Shown here one piece after another: positions 18,417 through 27,398 of a DNA stretch of 64,000 nucleotides. The notes below the pieces were generated by a model. The model saw only the letters and a program-made list of their open reading frames with translations, was not told where the DNA came from and searched no databases. Numbering within the stretch: position 1 is the stretch's first letter; every line of letters begins with the position of its first letter. Position numbers and translations under genes: made by a program. The DNA is from Pseudomonadota bacterium (lineage in GTDB: Bacteria > Pseudomonadota > Alphaproteobacteria > Rickettsiales > SXRF01), in contig JBBTBX010000006.1 in the NCBI GenBank assembly GCA_038043465.1, forward strand, positions 79,463-143,462, written 5' to 3'.

Positions 18417-19115
18417 ATGGCACAATATATTGTTACTGACTTAACGAGATTCAATGCTGAAGAGCAAGTCTGCACAGCTGTGATTGACATGGATAGTGGG
18501 CAATGTTTAAGGCCGATGCCTTATCTAACCAGTAAAAACGTCGAGGAGTTGAATATGCACCCCGGTGCCATACTAAGAGGTGATATTTCATTAGATCCTT
18601 CGGCTGTGAATCCACATGTTGAGGATGCAACAAGGGGTAAATTAGAGTACCATGGACCTGCATCTGGAATAGATTTTAAAGCGGTCTTAGATCGCTCATT
18701 ATCTAATTCTGTTGAATTAGGTTTTGGTATAACATTAACTGAAAACCAAAAGCATATTCCTTTTGGAGAGTATGCTAATTGTTCGATTGTTACAGTCAAA
18801 ATATCGCCAGAAGCACTAAGTATTCACGAAGATCAATACAAACCAGGAAGGATCAAAGCTTCTTTTACTGACGCGGAAGGTCATTACTTCAGTTATTTGC
18901 CTATAACAGATAGAGGCTTCTATGACTACGCAAAGAAACATCAAGATGATGGTCAACTCAGAAGTGTTAGGCAGTTTATAAAATCACAGGCGGAATTATA
19001 TTTGAGAGTCGGTGTTAGTAGGCGGCATCAAAGTGGGAATAGAGACGGATATTGGATTCAGGTAAATGGGATATATACGTTTCCAGGTTTCTTTGAAGAA
19101 ATAAGGAAGTATTAA
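18417..19115 (+). CDS. Hypothetical protein, 232 aa, no recognised motif
   Basis: Long ORF 9 nt after the mod stop and 1 nt before the next start. It is same-strand, tightly packed, and its amino-acid composition looks normal. Confidence 0.7.
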   Translation: MAQYIVTDLTRFNAEEQVCTAVIDMDSGQCLRPMPYLTSKNVEELNMHPGAILRGDISLDPSAVNPHVEDATRGKLEYHGPASGIDFKAVLDRSLSNSVELGFGITLTENQKHIPFGEYANCSIVTVKISPEALSIHEDQYKPGRIKASFTDAEGHYFSYLPITDRGFYDYAKKHQDDGQLRSVRQFIKSQAELYLRVGVSRRHQSGNRDGYWIQVNGIYTFPGFFEEIRKY

Positions 19116-19116
19116 C

Positions 19117-19746
19117 ATGAACAATACTATTTTCACGGTGGGCCATTCAACGCATGAGATCGGGAAATTTATGGATTTGCTGAAAATGCATGGCATTACA
19201 GCTATTTGTGATGTGCGCTCTTCGCCCTACAGTCGATTCAATTCTCAATACAACAGAGAAAATTTTAAATCCAGCCTCTGGGAAAATGACATTAAGTACG
19301 TTTTTCTGGGAAAAGAGCTTGGCGCTCGCAGTGACGATCCAAATTGCTATCAGGCTGGCAAAGTTCAATATGATCTACTTGCCAAAACAGAACTCTTTCA
19401 AAAGGGACTAGAACGGGTACTTCAAGGTGCAAAAGATTTTAATATAGCATTGGTTTGCGCAGAAAAAGATCCAATTGAATGCCACCGAACCATACTTGTT
19501 TCCAGGGAACTTGAAAGAAAGGGTTGCTCAATTTCTCATATTTTAGAGAATGGTGATATTCAGACTCATGATGAACTTGTTGCTAGACTAATCAAAGAGA
19601 TTAATAGTGGTCAAGCCCAAGATTTATTTATGACAGAAGTAGAAATTCGTAATCAAGCTTATAGAAAACAGGCAGATAAAATTTGTTATGCACTTCCAGA
19701 AGAGGAAGAAAATAAAGCATTAACAAAGATGGAGGCTACAAAATGA
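19117..19746 (+). CDS. DUF488-family protein (long form, 209 aa)
   Basis: IFTVGHSTHEIGKFMDLLKMHGITAICDVRSSPYSRF ... VFLGKELG ... ALVCAEKDPIECHRTILV matches the DUF488 signature as I remember it. Confidence 0.75.
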   Translation: MNNTIFTVGHSTHEIGKFMDLLKMHGITAICDVRSSPYSRFNSQYNRENFKSSLWENDIKYVFLGKELGARSDDPNCYQAGKVQYDLLAKTELFQKGLERVLQGAKDFNIALVCAEKDPIECHRTILVSRELERKGCSISHILENGDIQTHDELVARLIKEINSGQAQDLFMTEVEIRNQAYRKQADKICYALPEEEENKALTKMEATK

Positions 19747-20174
19747 AAATATTTACTATAGGCTTCACAAAAACAACGGCACAAAGTTTTTTTGACCGAC
19801 TAAGGAAATCTGGAGCAAAAAAAATAATTGACGTTCGTCTTAATAATGTTTCCCAATTAGCTGGCTTTGCCAAACAAGATGATCTTAAATACTTCGCAAA
19901 GGAGATTTGCTCAGTAAATTACAGGCACCTCCCAGAGCTAGCCCCAACCAAAGAAATGTTAGAACATTATAAAAAAAATAAAGGCTCTTGGGAAGAATAT
20001 GAAAAACGATTCAATGATCTAATGGCGCAACGCAAAATTGAACAGATTGATAGAGATATTATTGATGGTGGTTGTTTATTATGCAGTGAGGATAAGCCAC
20101 ACTTTTGCCATCGTCGATTGGTGGCTGAATATTTAAAGGACAAGTGGCATGATTTAGATATTGTACATCTTTAA
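19743..20174 (+). CDS. DUF488-family protein (short form, 143 aa)
   Basis: MKIFTIGFTKTTAQSFFDRLRKSGAKKIIDVRLNN ... LLCSEDKPHFCHRRLVAEYL. It has an ATGA overlap with the preceding DUF488 gene. Confidence 0.75.
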   Translation: MKIFTIGFTKTTAQSFFDRLRKSGAKKIIDVRLNNVSQLAGFAKQDDLKYFAKEICSVNYRHLPELAPTKEMLEHYKKNKGSWEEYEKRFNDLMAQRKIEQIDRDIIDGGCLLCSEDKPHFCHRRLVAEYLKDKWHDLDIVHL

Positions 20175-20204
20175 CTAATAATAAAATTTTGAAAAAATAA
20201 TCTT

Positions 20205-22295
20205 ATGCAGTTCCGGATCGCAGACAGTTTTACAAAGGCATTAGGCAAATTGGCTGCCCAAGAGCAATCTGCTGTCAAAATTACTGTGTTTGATCTCCAG
20301 CAGAACCCATCCGCGCCTGGGCTGCAATTCCATCGGATTGATAAATCTAAAGATGAGAATTTTTGGTCTATTCGTGCAAATCGGGACATCCGTTTGATTG
20401 TACATAAGACAGCAGATAGTTTCTTAATTTGTTATGTTGATCATCATGATGATGCCTATAAATGGGCAGAACGCAGGCGCATCGAAACACATCCAAAAAC
20501 GGGTGCGGCGCAAATTGTAGAAGTTCGTGAGCTCGTTCAAGAGATCGCGGTACCAGTTTATTCCCAGACAGGCGAAGTCGTCCCCACATTGCAGCCTAAA
20601 ACTATTGAAGCAGCGTTATTCATCAACTTGACAAAAGATGATCTGCTTGATGTTGGCGTTCCAGAAGACTGGATTGATGATGTTCAGCAATCCACAGAGG
20701 ATAAATTTTTTGAACTTACCAATCATATTCCTGCCGAAGCAGCTGAAGCTCTCTTAAATTACGCCACCACTGGAAAACTGCTGAAACCAGAGGCAGTACA
20801 GCTAAATGCTAGTCCCTTTGAGCACCCTGATGCACAGCGTCGCTTCCGTGTATTGGATAACAAAGAAGAATTGGAAAGAGCCTTGGAATATCCATGGGAT
20901 AAGTGGGCAATATTTCTACACCCAACTCAGCGTAACGTAGTTGAGCAAAAATTTAGCGGCCCTGCACGCGTTTCAGGTACTGCTGGTACAGGAAAAACAG
21001 TGGTTGCACTGCACCGCACTGCAAATATCCTAAAAAATAATCATGATGCTAGAATTCTTCTGACGACATTTTCTTCCCCATTGGCAAATGCGTTAAAACA
21101 CAAACTGAAATTGCTAACTGGCATTGATAGCGAGGATGGATCGAAGGTTAGCATCCGTTCTTTTGAGGGAGTGGCACAAGATCTATTTACCTTGGCTTAT
21201 GGACATACACCACGCGCTGCATCCAAAGATCAGGTGAAGGGTGTTCTAGAGTCTGCCAAAAAAGAACTGGGTGATACTGAATTCACTATCCGTTTCCTTG
21301 TTTCCGAATGGCAGAGCGTAATAGATGCATGGCAAATTGAGAGCCTAGAAGCCTACCGCGATGTGCCACGTCTAGGCCGAAAAAATAGACTTGGCTCTAT
21401 GCAGCGTGAACGGGTATGGCCAATTTTTACGAAGGCCAGAGAAATATTTCAATCACAAGGCATGGATACCTGGTCTGGTATTTTTTCAGCTGTGACGAAA
21501 CACTATGCAGATAAAGCTCATAAGCCATTTACGCATATTATCGTTGATGAAGCGCAGGATTTAGGAGTGCCAGAACTACGTATGCTCGCTGCGATCTCTG
21601 AATATACAGCCGATGCTTTGTTCTTTGCGGGTGACTTAGGGCAGCGGATTTTCCAGGAGCCATTCTCTTGGAAAACTCTTGGTATCGATATTCGTGGCCG
21701 CTCTCAAACATTAAAGGTTAATTACAGAACATCTCATCAAATACGCCAAAAGGCAGATAGGTTATTGCCTGCAACTGTTCGTGACGTAGATGGAAACGAA
21801 GAAGATCGCAGAGGCGCGGTTTCTGTTTTTAATGGCCCTGAGCCAGTAGTTACTATCTGCACGGACATCAATGACGAAAAGTTGGCAATTGCGAAATGGA
21901 TTAAACAGATCGTGTCTGAGGGCGTGGAGCCTGACGAAATTGGATTGTTCGTTAGGAGTAACGATGAACTCTTACGTGCAAGAAATGCTGCGAAGGAGGC
22001 TGGTTACAAGGTTTTAGAACTGTCTGATCGCGTAGAGGAGCGTAATAGCCGTATTTCGATTGGAACCATGCACCTTGCGAAAGGACTGGAGTTTAAGGCT
22101 GTAGGAGTTATTGCATGCGATGATGATATTTTGCCAAAACAAGATCGAATTGAAAACGTTGCAGATGAGGCGGAGTTAGATGAGGTTTATGATACCGAAA
22201 GGCATCTGTTCTATGTGGCCTGTACTCGTGCAAGAGATCGTTTATTCATTTCTGGTGTAGATCCTGGATCTGAATTTATAGCTGATATTAATTAA
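20205..22295 (+). CDS. UvrD/Rep-like SF1 helicase with an N-terminal RelE/ParE-toxin-like domain
   Basis: 696 aa. Walker A GTAGTGKTVVALHR; Walker B IIVDEAQDL; C-terminal HLFYVACTRARDRLFISG. The first ~90 aa (FWSIRANRDIRLIVHKTADSFLICYVDHHDDAYKW) resemble the RelE/ParE core motif. Confidence 0.8.
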   Translation: MQFRIADSFTKALGKLAAQEQSAVKITVFDLQQNPSAPGLQFHRIDKSKDENFWSIRANRDIRLIVHKTADSFLICYVDHHDDAYKWAERRRIETHPKTGAAQIVEVRELVQEIAVPVYSQTGEVVPTLQPKTIEAALFINLTKDDLLDVGVPEDWIDDVQQSTEDKFFELTNHIPAEAAEALLNYATTGKLLKPEAVQLNASPFEHPDAQRRFRVLDNKEELERALEYPWDKWAIFLHPTQRNVVEQKFSGPARVSGTAGTGKTVVALHRTANILKNNHDARILLTTFSSPLANALKHKLKLLTGIDSEDGSKVSIRSFEGVAQDLFTLAYGHTPRAASKDQVKGVLESAKKELGDTEFTIRFLVSEWQSVIDAWQIESLEAYRDVPRLGRKNRLGSMQRERVWPIFTKAREIFQSQGMDTWSGIFSAVTKHYADKAHKPFTHIIVDEAQDLGVPELRMLAAISEYTADALFFAGDLGQRIFQEPFSWKTLGIDIRGRSQTLKVNYRTSHQIRQKADRLLPATVRDVDGNEEDRRGAVSVFNGPEPVVTICTDINDEKLAIAKWIKQIVSEGVEPDEIGLFVRSNDELLRARNAAKEAGYKVLELSDRVEERNSRISIGTMHLAKGLEFKAVGVIACDDDILPKQDRIENVADEAELDEVYDTERHLFYVACTRARDRLFISGVDPGSEFIADIN

Positions 22296-22518
22296 GAATC
22301 TTTGTATATTGCTCAGATATTCTAATACAAACTTTTTTAAGTTATAGGTTATTTAGTATATATGAAATAATATGATGGGCTCCGAGCGGGTTCGCCGCCA
22401 TCCCCACCTCCGTACTTGATCTGCAACTCGTGCAGCTTCTCCTACGGTCCCGGCGCTTATGGGTCCCGGTCCCCGTCATGGGCGCTCAAGGTTGCCCGAG
22501 CATCAACCATATTCTAAA

Positions 22519-23403
22519 TCATAGGGAAACATCACCATTGCCCAATAAGGTCATTTCGGTAATTTTCTTAAATTCCGTTAAATATTCTGGGTACTGTTGA
22601 GTAATGTATTTCACTATACGAGTATTACTAAGTAGGCTTGATAGGTAAGTTTTAGAAACCGCTAGAATTAGTACATTGGGGCCAAAGCTCTCTTCAATTA
22701 AGCGGTATTGGTTATGCAAACTCCCCATTTCCGCTTCCATCCGCGATATTTGCTCATCAGTCAGTCCTTTAATTTTCTTTGGTTGTGATGGATCAAGCAA
22801 TTGCATTTTCGGTGTTGCCGCTAATAATGCCCTGATGTAAGAAAATGAGTAAATATTAGCATCACGCATTAGAGTGGCAGCCTCAATCTGCCGTACTGGC
22901 TTCATTCTCCGTAATACGCTGAATACATTAGCGGCTACCATTTTATCCTTAAGCAATTCTACTGCTTCCGGACAAATACCCTTAAGTAAGTCACGCTTAC
23001 GGATAATATTGTTCACGTTGAGATTGAGTGCCCTCGCCAGCTTTTCTTCAGAAACCCCGCGTTTTATTGCCGTCAGTATCATACGATGTTCCTGAATAGT
23101 AGATATGCGGCTGATATGCTTATTGTAAGTATAGGTTTCGTCATCAGTCGATACTAGGCAGGCGGTTTCCTTCTCACCAACTTCTTTCAGGGCTTCAATT
23201 CGTGAATGCCCGTCGAGAAGCATATATTTTCTCTGACCTTTGCTAGGTGGTGCTACCACAGGAAGCTCTATGATACCGACCTCTTTTATAGAAGTCAGTA
23301 TCTGCTTATATTTTGCACCATCACGCATTGCCGGAGTAATGATCTTAAGAGGTGAAATATCCTCTAATTTTAACGTGACGGTAGTAGTTTCAAAACCCAA
23401 CAT
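22519..23403 (-). CDS. ParB/Srx N-terminal domain protein (second ParB-like gene of the recombinase trio)
   Basis: 294 aa. LKIITPAMRDGAKYKQILTSIKEVGIIELPVVAP...YMLLDGHSRIEALKEVG is ParB-N-like, followed by an HTH-like segment GVSEEKLARALNLNVNNIIRKRDLL. Confidence 0.7.
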   Translation of the reverse strand: MLGFETTTVTLKLEDISPLKIITPAMRDGAKYKQILTSIKEVGIIELPVVAPPSKGQRKYMLLDGHSRIEALKEVGEKETACLVSTDDETYTYNKHISRISTIQEHRMILTAIKRGVSEEKLARALNLNVNNIIRKRDLLKGICPEAVELLKDKMVAANVFSVLRRMKPVRQIEAATLMRDANIYSFSYIRALLAATPKMQLLDPSQPKKIKGLTDEQISRMEAEMGSLHNQYRLIEESFGPNVLILAVSKTYLSSLLSNTRIVKYITQQYPEYLTEFKKITEMTLLGNGDVSL

Positions 23404-23456
23404 ATAAGATGCTCACCATTTTTATTTTGTTAATTTTTTTATATTTTTAATTGGTG

Positions 23457-24347
23457 TTATTTACCTGATATCAATGTTGCCAGTTGTTTAGGCATGGTAT
23501 CCAGACTCTCCGCTCGCAGGAGGGTAGTAAAATGTTCTTGCTGCATCAGACTACGCATAGCTTCCTTAAGAAACATCAGCCGGTTATTTACCAAGTCCGC
23601 TTTACGTTCCACCAACTGCTTGCGGGCTACTTCGCGTTTATAGGTCCTGATAATATTCTGACCGAAATCAGAAACATTGTTCCCTGAATGAGTCTTGCTT
23701 CTTGCACCACGCAGTGTTTTTCCAGCACGCCTACGATCTTCAAAGAGGCGCTTGGCAGCCATAAACTTACTACCGCTTAGATGGCCTTTTTCATAGGCTT
23801 CTTGGAGAACTTCTTGCTCGTTTTTAGGAGAACTGGCAATATTTATAGCAAGCATAATAGGGATATTGCCCGATTCAACTGCTGCGACTAATCGTTCCTC
23901 GCCCTGTTCAAGCAATGTAATGATATTATTTATATAATCTGTGCTGTGTCCTATCTTGGCGGCAATGGCTTTTGCATTATATCCTTGCCTGAGCAATATT
24001 TCCACGCCTTGCAATAAATCCATTGCTCGGTGTTTACGCCGCGCAACATTTTCTACCAAGCTCATGATAAGTGCTTTTTCCTCACTAGCATCAATTATCA
24101 TGGCAGGAATCATTTTTTGGCCACAAGCCATGAATGCTTCCAGTCTTCCTTGCCCGCATACTAAATCATAGTCTTTACCTCCTGTTTTAGAATGACAGGC
24201 TGTAACAGTGATAGGACGTTTAAGCCCAACCTTGGCAATATTTTGCACAATGCCCTCGAACAGTTTAGGATTACGGTAACGGGGATTCATAATATTGATC
24301 TGATCTACTGGAATCATGCCGATAGTTGGCGTGTTTTTTACAGTCAT
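23457..24347 (-). CDS. ParB-like partition/nuclease domain protein
   Basis: 296 aa. IPVDQINIMNPRYRNPKLFEGIVQNIAKVGLKRPITV...DLVCGQGRLEAFMACG followed by ENVARR and an HTH (AKAIAAKIGHSTDYINNIITLL). Its start overlaps the recombinase stop (ATGA). Confidence 0.75.
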   Translation of the reverse strand: MTVKNTPTIGMIPVDQINIMNPRYRNPKLFEGIVQNIAKVGLKRPITVTACHSKTGGKDYDLVCGQGRLEAFMACGQKMIPAMIIDASEEKALIMSLVENVARRKHRAMDLLQGVEILLRQGYNAKAIAAKIGHSTDYINNIITLLEQGEERLVAAVESGNIPIMLAINIASSPKNEQEVLQEAYEKGHLSGSKFMAAKRLFEDRRRAGKTLRGARSKTHSGNNVSDFGQNIIRTYKREVARKQLVERKADLVNNRLMFLKEAMRSLMQQEHFTTLLRAESLDTMPKQLATLISGK

Positions 24348-25906
24348 GCAATCTCCTGTATAAACACTCGTTCAGTCAGCAAAAAGAATGCTTCCAGATC
24401 TTCAAATCGGTAGGCATCAAGGGCAAGGCCGTTATGTTCCGAGAGCCGCATCTTGGGATTTTCAATATCAATGGCAGGCAGCAAGTAATAATCGTAAGCG
24501 TTTTCGTTTTCTGCATCCATGCGGATGGCAATCGTGATGTCTGGAAGCAGACCGCTATCGAGATGGATTTTCCAACGGAATGAACCCGAATCAGTTTGTT
24601 TGCAGCGGCAAATAACAACCGAAGCTCTTAGTTCTTCATTGATAATCAATAGCTCTGAGGATTCTTCCTGACGAACTTTACCGCCTAGTTCTTCTATTTT
24701 ACGGATAGTCTCAGCAATAACTTCCTTATGAATTCCTCTTAGACGACGGTTGATTTCTATAAAGCTATAATCATGGTCAGGAGTAAAACCAATAAGCTCA
24801 TAGGCTCTTATTAGACTGCCAAACCTATGAGAATAGGCAGTCGAGGATGGCATGCCATCAGCTTCATTGATAACTATACCCGATAGCCAACCATGCTGCT
24901 CATGTAATTTACGGAGCTTCTCTAGCATTTCCTCATCTGTGAACTTACGGCTGCGTTCCCGGATAATGCCTTGCGCAGTATAATAATAGCGAGCTTCTAC
25001 TATTGCCTCGAACACACCATCCTTGCGTACCCACATCTCTGGAGTATTAACTACATGTCGTTTCTTCAGTTTGAAGGAAGTGCGGTTAAATACATTATTA
25101 CCTATGTATTTTTCGTTGGTCAGCACCTCATGCACAGTACCATTGGTCCATTTACGCCCTAGGTCAGTTAATACACCACGTTGGTTTAATAGAGCGGCAA
25201 TCTGGCTCTCGCGCATTCCTTCTTCGGTAAATGCCTTATACATCCAGCACACATTTTCCACCTCATCCTCTGGCCCAGGCACAAGAATAACTCTATCAGT
25301 TTGCAGACTCTTGTGCTCACCGCGCTTAAGCTCGGCTTTTTGCCGACCATGTTCGTCAATCAATACCCGGCGTAAGCCATATCCGGCGGGTCCGCCTTGA
25401 CGGTAGCCAAGTTCTATCAAACGGCATTGTCCGGCGAATACTTTGCTAGATAGCTCACGGCTATATTCACCAGCCATTGCTCGCTTCACACCTTTAACAA
25501 TGGTTGAAACTGGACTGCCATCATTTTCAAATTGCTCAGCTACGTACTGAACGTCAATTCCAGCGCGGCGGCAGATATATTCATAATAGGCACTTTCATC
25601 CGCATCCTGAAACCTGCCCCAACGGGTTATGTCCAATACCAGTATCATGTTGAACTTAGCATTTTCGGTTTGCACATCATCAATGAGCTGTTTCAGCGCA
25701 TCACGGCCATCAATGCTCAACCCACTTTTTCCGGAATCGGTATAAATTTGAATAATTTCAATATTATAACGTGCGGCATATTCACGAATGGCATCCGCCT
25801 GATTTTCAGTAGAATATTTCTGGTGATCAGTGGACATACGCACATACATGGCAGCGCGGCGAATAGGGTTATTATAGCTGGTATAGTTTTTCACATTAGA
25901 GCCCAT
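24344..25906 (-). CDS. Large serine recombinase (second copy, different subfamily from 3104..4765)
   Basis: 520 aa. RAAMYVRMSTDHQKYSTENQ carries the catalytic Ser, followed by LVLDITRWGRF and recombinase-domain motifs (GYGLRRVLID...). Confidence 0.9.
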   Translation of the reverse strand: MGSNVKNYTSYNNPIRRAAMYVRMSTDHQKYSTENQADAIREYAARYNIEIIQIYTDSGKSGLSIDGRDALKQLIDDVQTENAKFNMILVLDITRWGRFQDADESAYYEYICRRAGIDVQYVAEQFENDGSPVSTIVKGVKRAMAGEYSRELSSKVFAGQCRLIELGYRQGGPAGYGLRRVLIDEHGRQKAELKRGEHKSLQTDRVILVPGPEDEVENVCWMYKAFTEEGMRESQIAALLNQRGVLTDLGRKWTNGTVHEVLTNEKYIGNNVFNRTSFKLKKRHVVNTPEMWVRKDGVFEAIVEARYYYTAQGIIRERSRKFTDEEMLEKLRKLHEQHGWLSGIVINEADGMPSSTAYSHRFGSLIRAYELIGFTPDHDYSFIEINRRLRGIHKEVIAETIRKIEELGGKVRQEESSELLIINEELRASVVICRCKQTDSGSFRWKIHLDSGLLPDITIAIRMDAENENAYDYYLLPAIDIENPKMRLSEHNGLALDAYRFEDLEAFFLLTERVFIQEIA

Positions 25907-25976
25907 ATATTAGGAATGTCATCGAGATGCCAATTGGTTGGCTGATTACCGTTAATTATAGTAACGGAGAATCATT

Positions 25977-26567
25977 ATGTCAGTCCCAAAAAATGACCAA
26001 ATTTTAACCACGATTATTACCGATATAGAACTAACTAATTTGATTAAGAAAATACTACGTCAGGAATATAAAGATCAAAGCTCAGCGGTGAAAAGAATCA
26101 GCAATAAAACCGGTATTGAATTACGAGCAATTCGCGATTGGTACGAAGGTCGCAAACCCCCTAAATCTATACATTTGCTATTACTTGCCAGTCATTATAA
26201 TGAGATTTTTAACCAGCTAATAATTTTGACTGGCAATTCACATTTATTGGAGTTGTATGAACAAAAAATTAGCTTTCAAAATCTGCTTTCAAAAATTAGC
26301 AAAAGTGCAGAATCTGATGAAATTTATAGTGCAAGATATTGCACTATAAATGTGGGAGTCGATTTTGAAAAAGCTAAAAATTTGAATAAACGCCAATTAT
26401 GGTATTTGGGATTGTTACAAAATGGGCATAAAGTAAAAATTGCCGATATAATGGTATTTTGGAAAGTATCGGCTCGCACAGCTAAATATGATATATCAAT
26501 GCTTGCCAAACAGGGGCTTGTGCAATTTGTTGGTTCTCGCAAAATCGGGCATCATAAATCCATATGA
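25977..26567 (+). CDS. Putative DNA-binding protein (N-terminal HTH-like, C-terminal winged-helix-like)
   Basis: 196 aa, divergent from recombinase 2. HTH-like segments: SAVKRISNKTGIELRAIRDWYEGRKPP and IADIMVFWKVSARTAKYDISMLAKQGLV. This is a weak motif-level call. Confidence 0.45.
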   Translation: MSVPKNDQILTTIITDIELTNLIKKILRQEYKDQSSAVKRISNKTGIELRAIRDWYEGRKPPKSIHLLLLASHYNEIFNQLIILTGNSHLLELYEQKISFQNLLSKISKSAESDEIYSARYCTINVGVDFEKAKNLNKRQLWYLGLLQNGHKVKIADIMVFWKVSARTAKYDISMLAKQGLVQFVGSRKIGHHKSI

Positions 26568-26951
26568 ATTCCCTGTTATTTCCCGGATACGATTTTTGGC
26601 AAATTCAAGGAAATCCACAGCCATTCTATAAATTTAACAATAAATCACTCCTGATTCCCAGTAAAAATTGAAATTTACGCTGTATTTTGACCTGTATCAG
26701 GGTAATACTGAGATGGGTGTTAGCAAGTGATGATTCACTCCACCAATACTTTTTATGTATTCCTGTTTTATACCACCCTTTCGTAGAACCAGCGCTGTGT
26801 GCGGGGCTTGCGGGGACAAATATTTCTTGCCCAAACATCCCGACCCGTTTTTGCGCTAAAATAGCCCACTAAATCGGTGCGTACATCGATTCGAAATTTG
26901 CGGCGACCGGTTTGGGGTGATTCAGGTGAGTAATATAACTAAGGCTACCGC

Positions 26952-27398
26952 CTAATCTAAATCCTTCCGCTGAATATTTATGCTTCGTAGCAGCGAAGGG
27001 AGCGTAGCTGACCAAAGCAATGCAAGGCTTGCCACAGCACCAAATACACCTGAAATAACCTTTACATAAATCTGTGCATTTTCAAGACCAGTGCCTTGAA
27101 CGCTAATCCACTTAAAAAGTAAGGCGAATATGAGTGCGGCATAGTAAAGCCAAAAAACTAGGTTCTGCCCATCGATTAGTGAGCGATCATCATGTTTGAG
27201 GATTTTCTCAATCCGTTTTTTCTCTTCCTCGGTCGTATAACTGCTGTTGCCTACGCTTGGGCGACTGGATAGCACAGCGGAAATTGCCAGCGAGATGCCT
27301 ATTAATATGGATACAATAGTAGCGAGCAAGTCTATCAGAGGTGTGAACTTTTCTGGTTGCTGATATGCTTCGTGTCCTACAACGCTGGAGGCATGCAA
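26952..27398 (-). CDS. Hypothetical membrane protein (about 3 TM segments); 5' end possibly truncated
   Basis: 148-aa ORF with hydrophobic stretches LLATIVSILIGISLAISAVL, LVFWLYYAALIFALLF and VISGVFGAVASLALLW. Only a TTG start is available, and it lies exactly at the compositional junction near 27400. Confidence 0.4.
   Translation of the reverse strand: MHASSVVGHEAYQQPEKFTPLIDLLATIVSILIGISLAISAVLSSRPSVGNSSYTTEEEKKRIEKILKHDDRSLIDGQNLVFWLYYAALIFALLFKWISVQGTGLENAQIYVKVISGVFGAVASLALLWSATLPSLLRSINIQRKDLD

Noticed and set aside
22301-22338. AT-only hairpin (TTTGTAT...ATACAAA) plus T-run after the helicase gene, as a terminator
   Set aside because: The stem consists only of A-T pairs with a long loop. 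Its predicted stability is too low to annotate with confidence.
22375-22507. The GC-rich block as a tRNA, tmRNA or group II intron domain
   Set aside because: I could not fold a cloverleaf or acceptor/T-arm pair, and there is no domain V-like consensus. It is kept only as an unexplained element in the findings.
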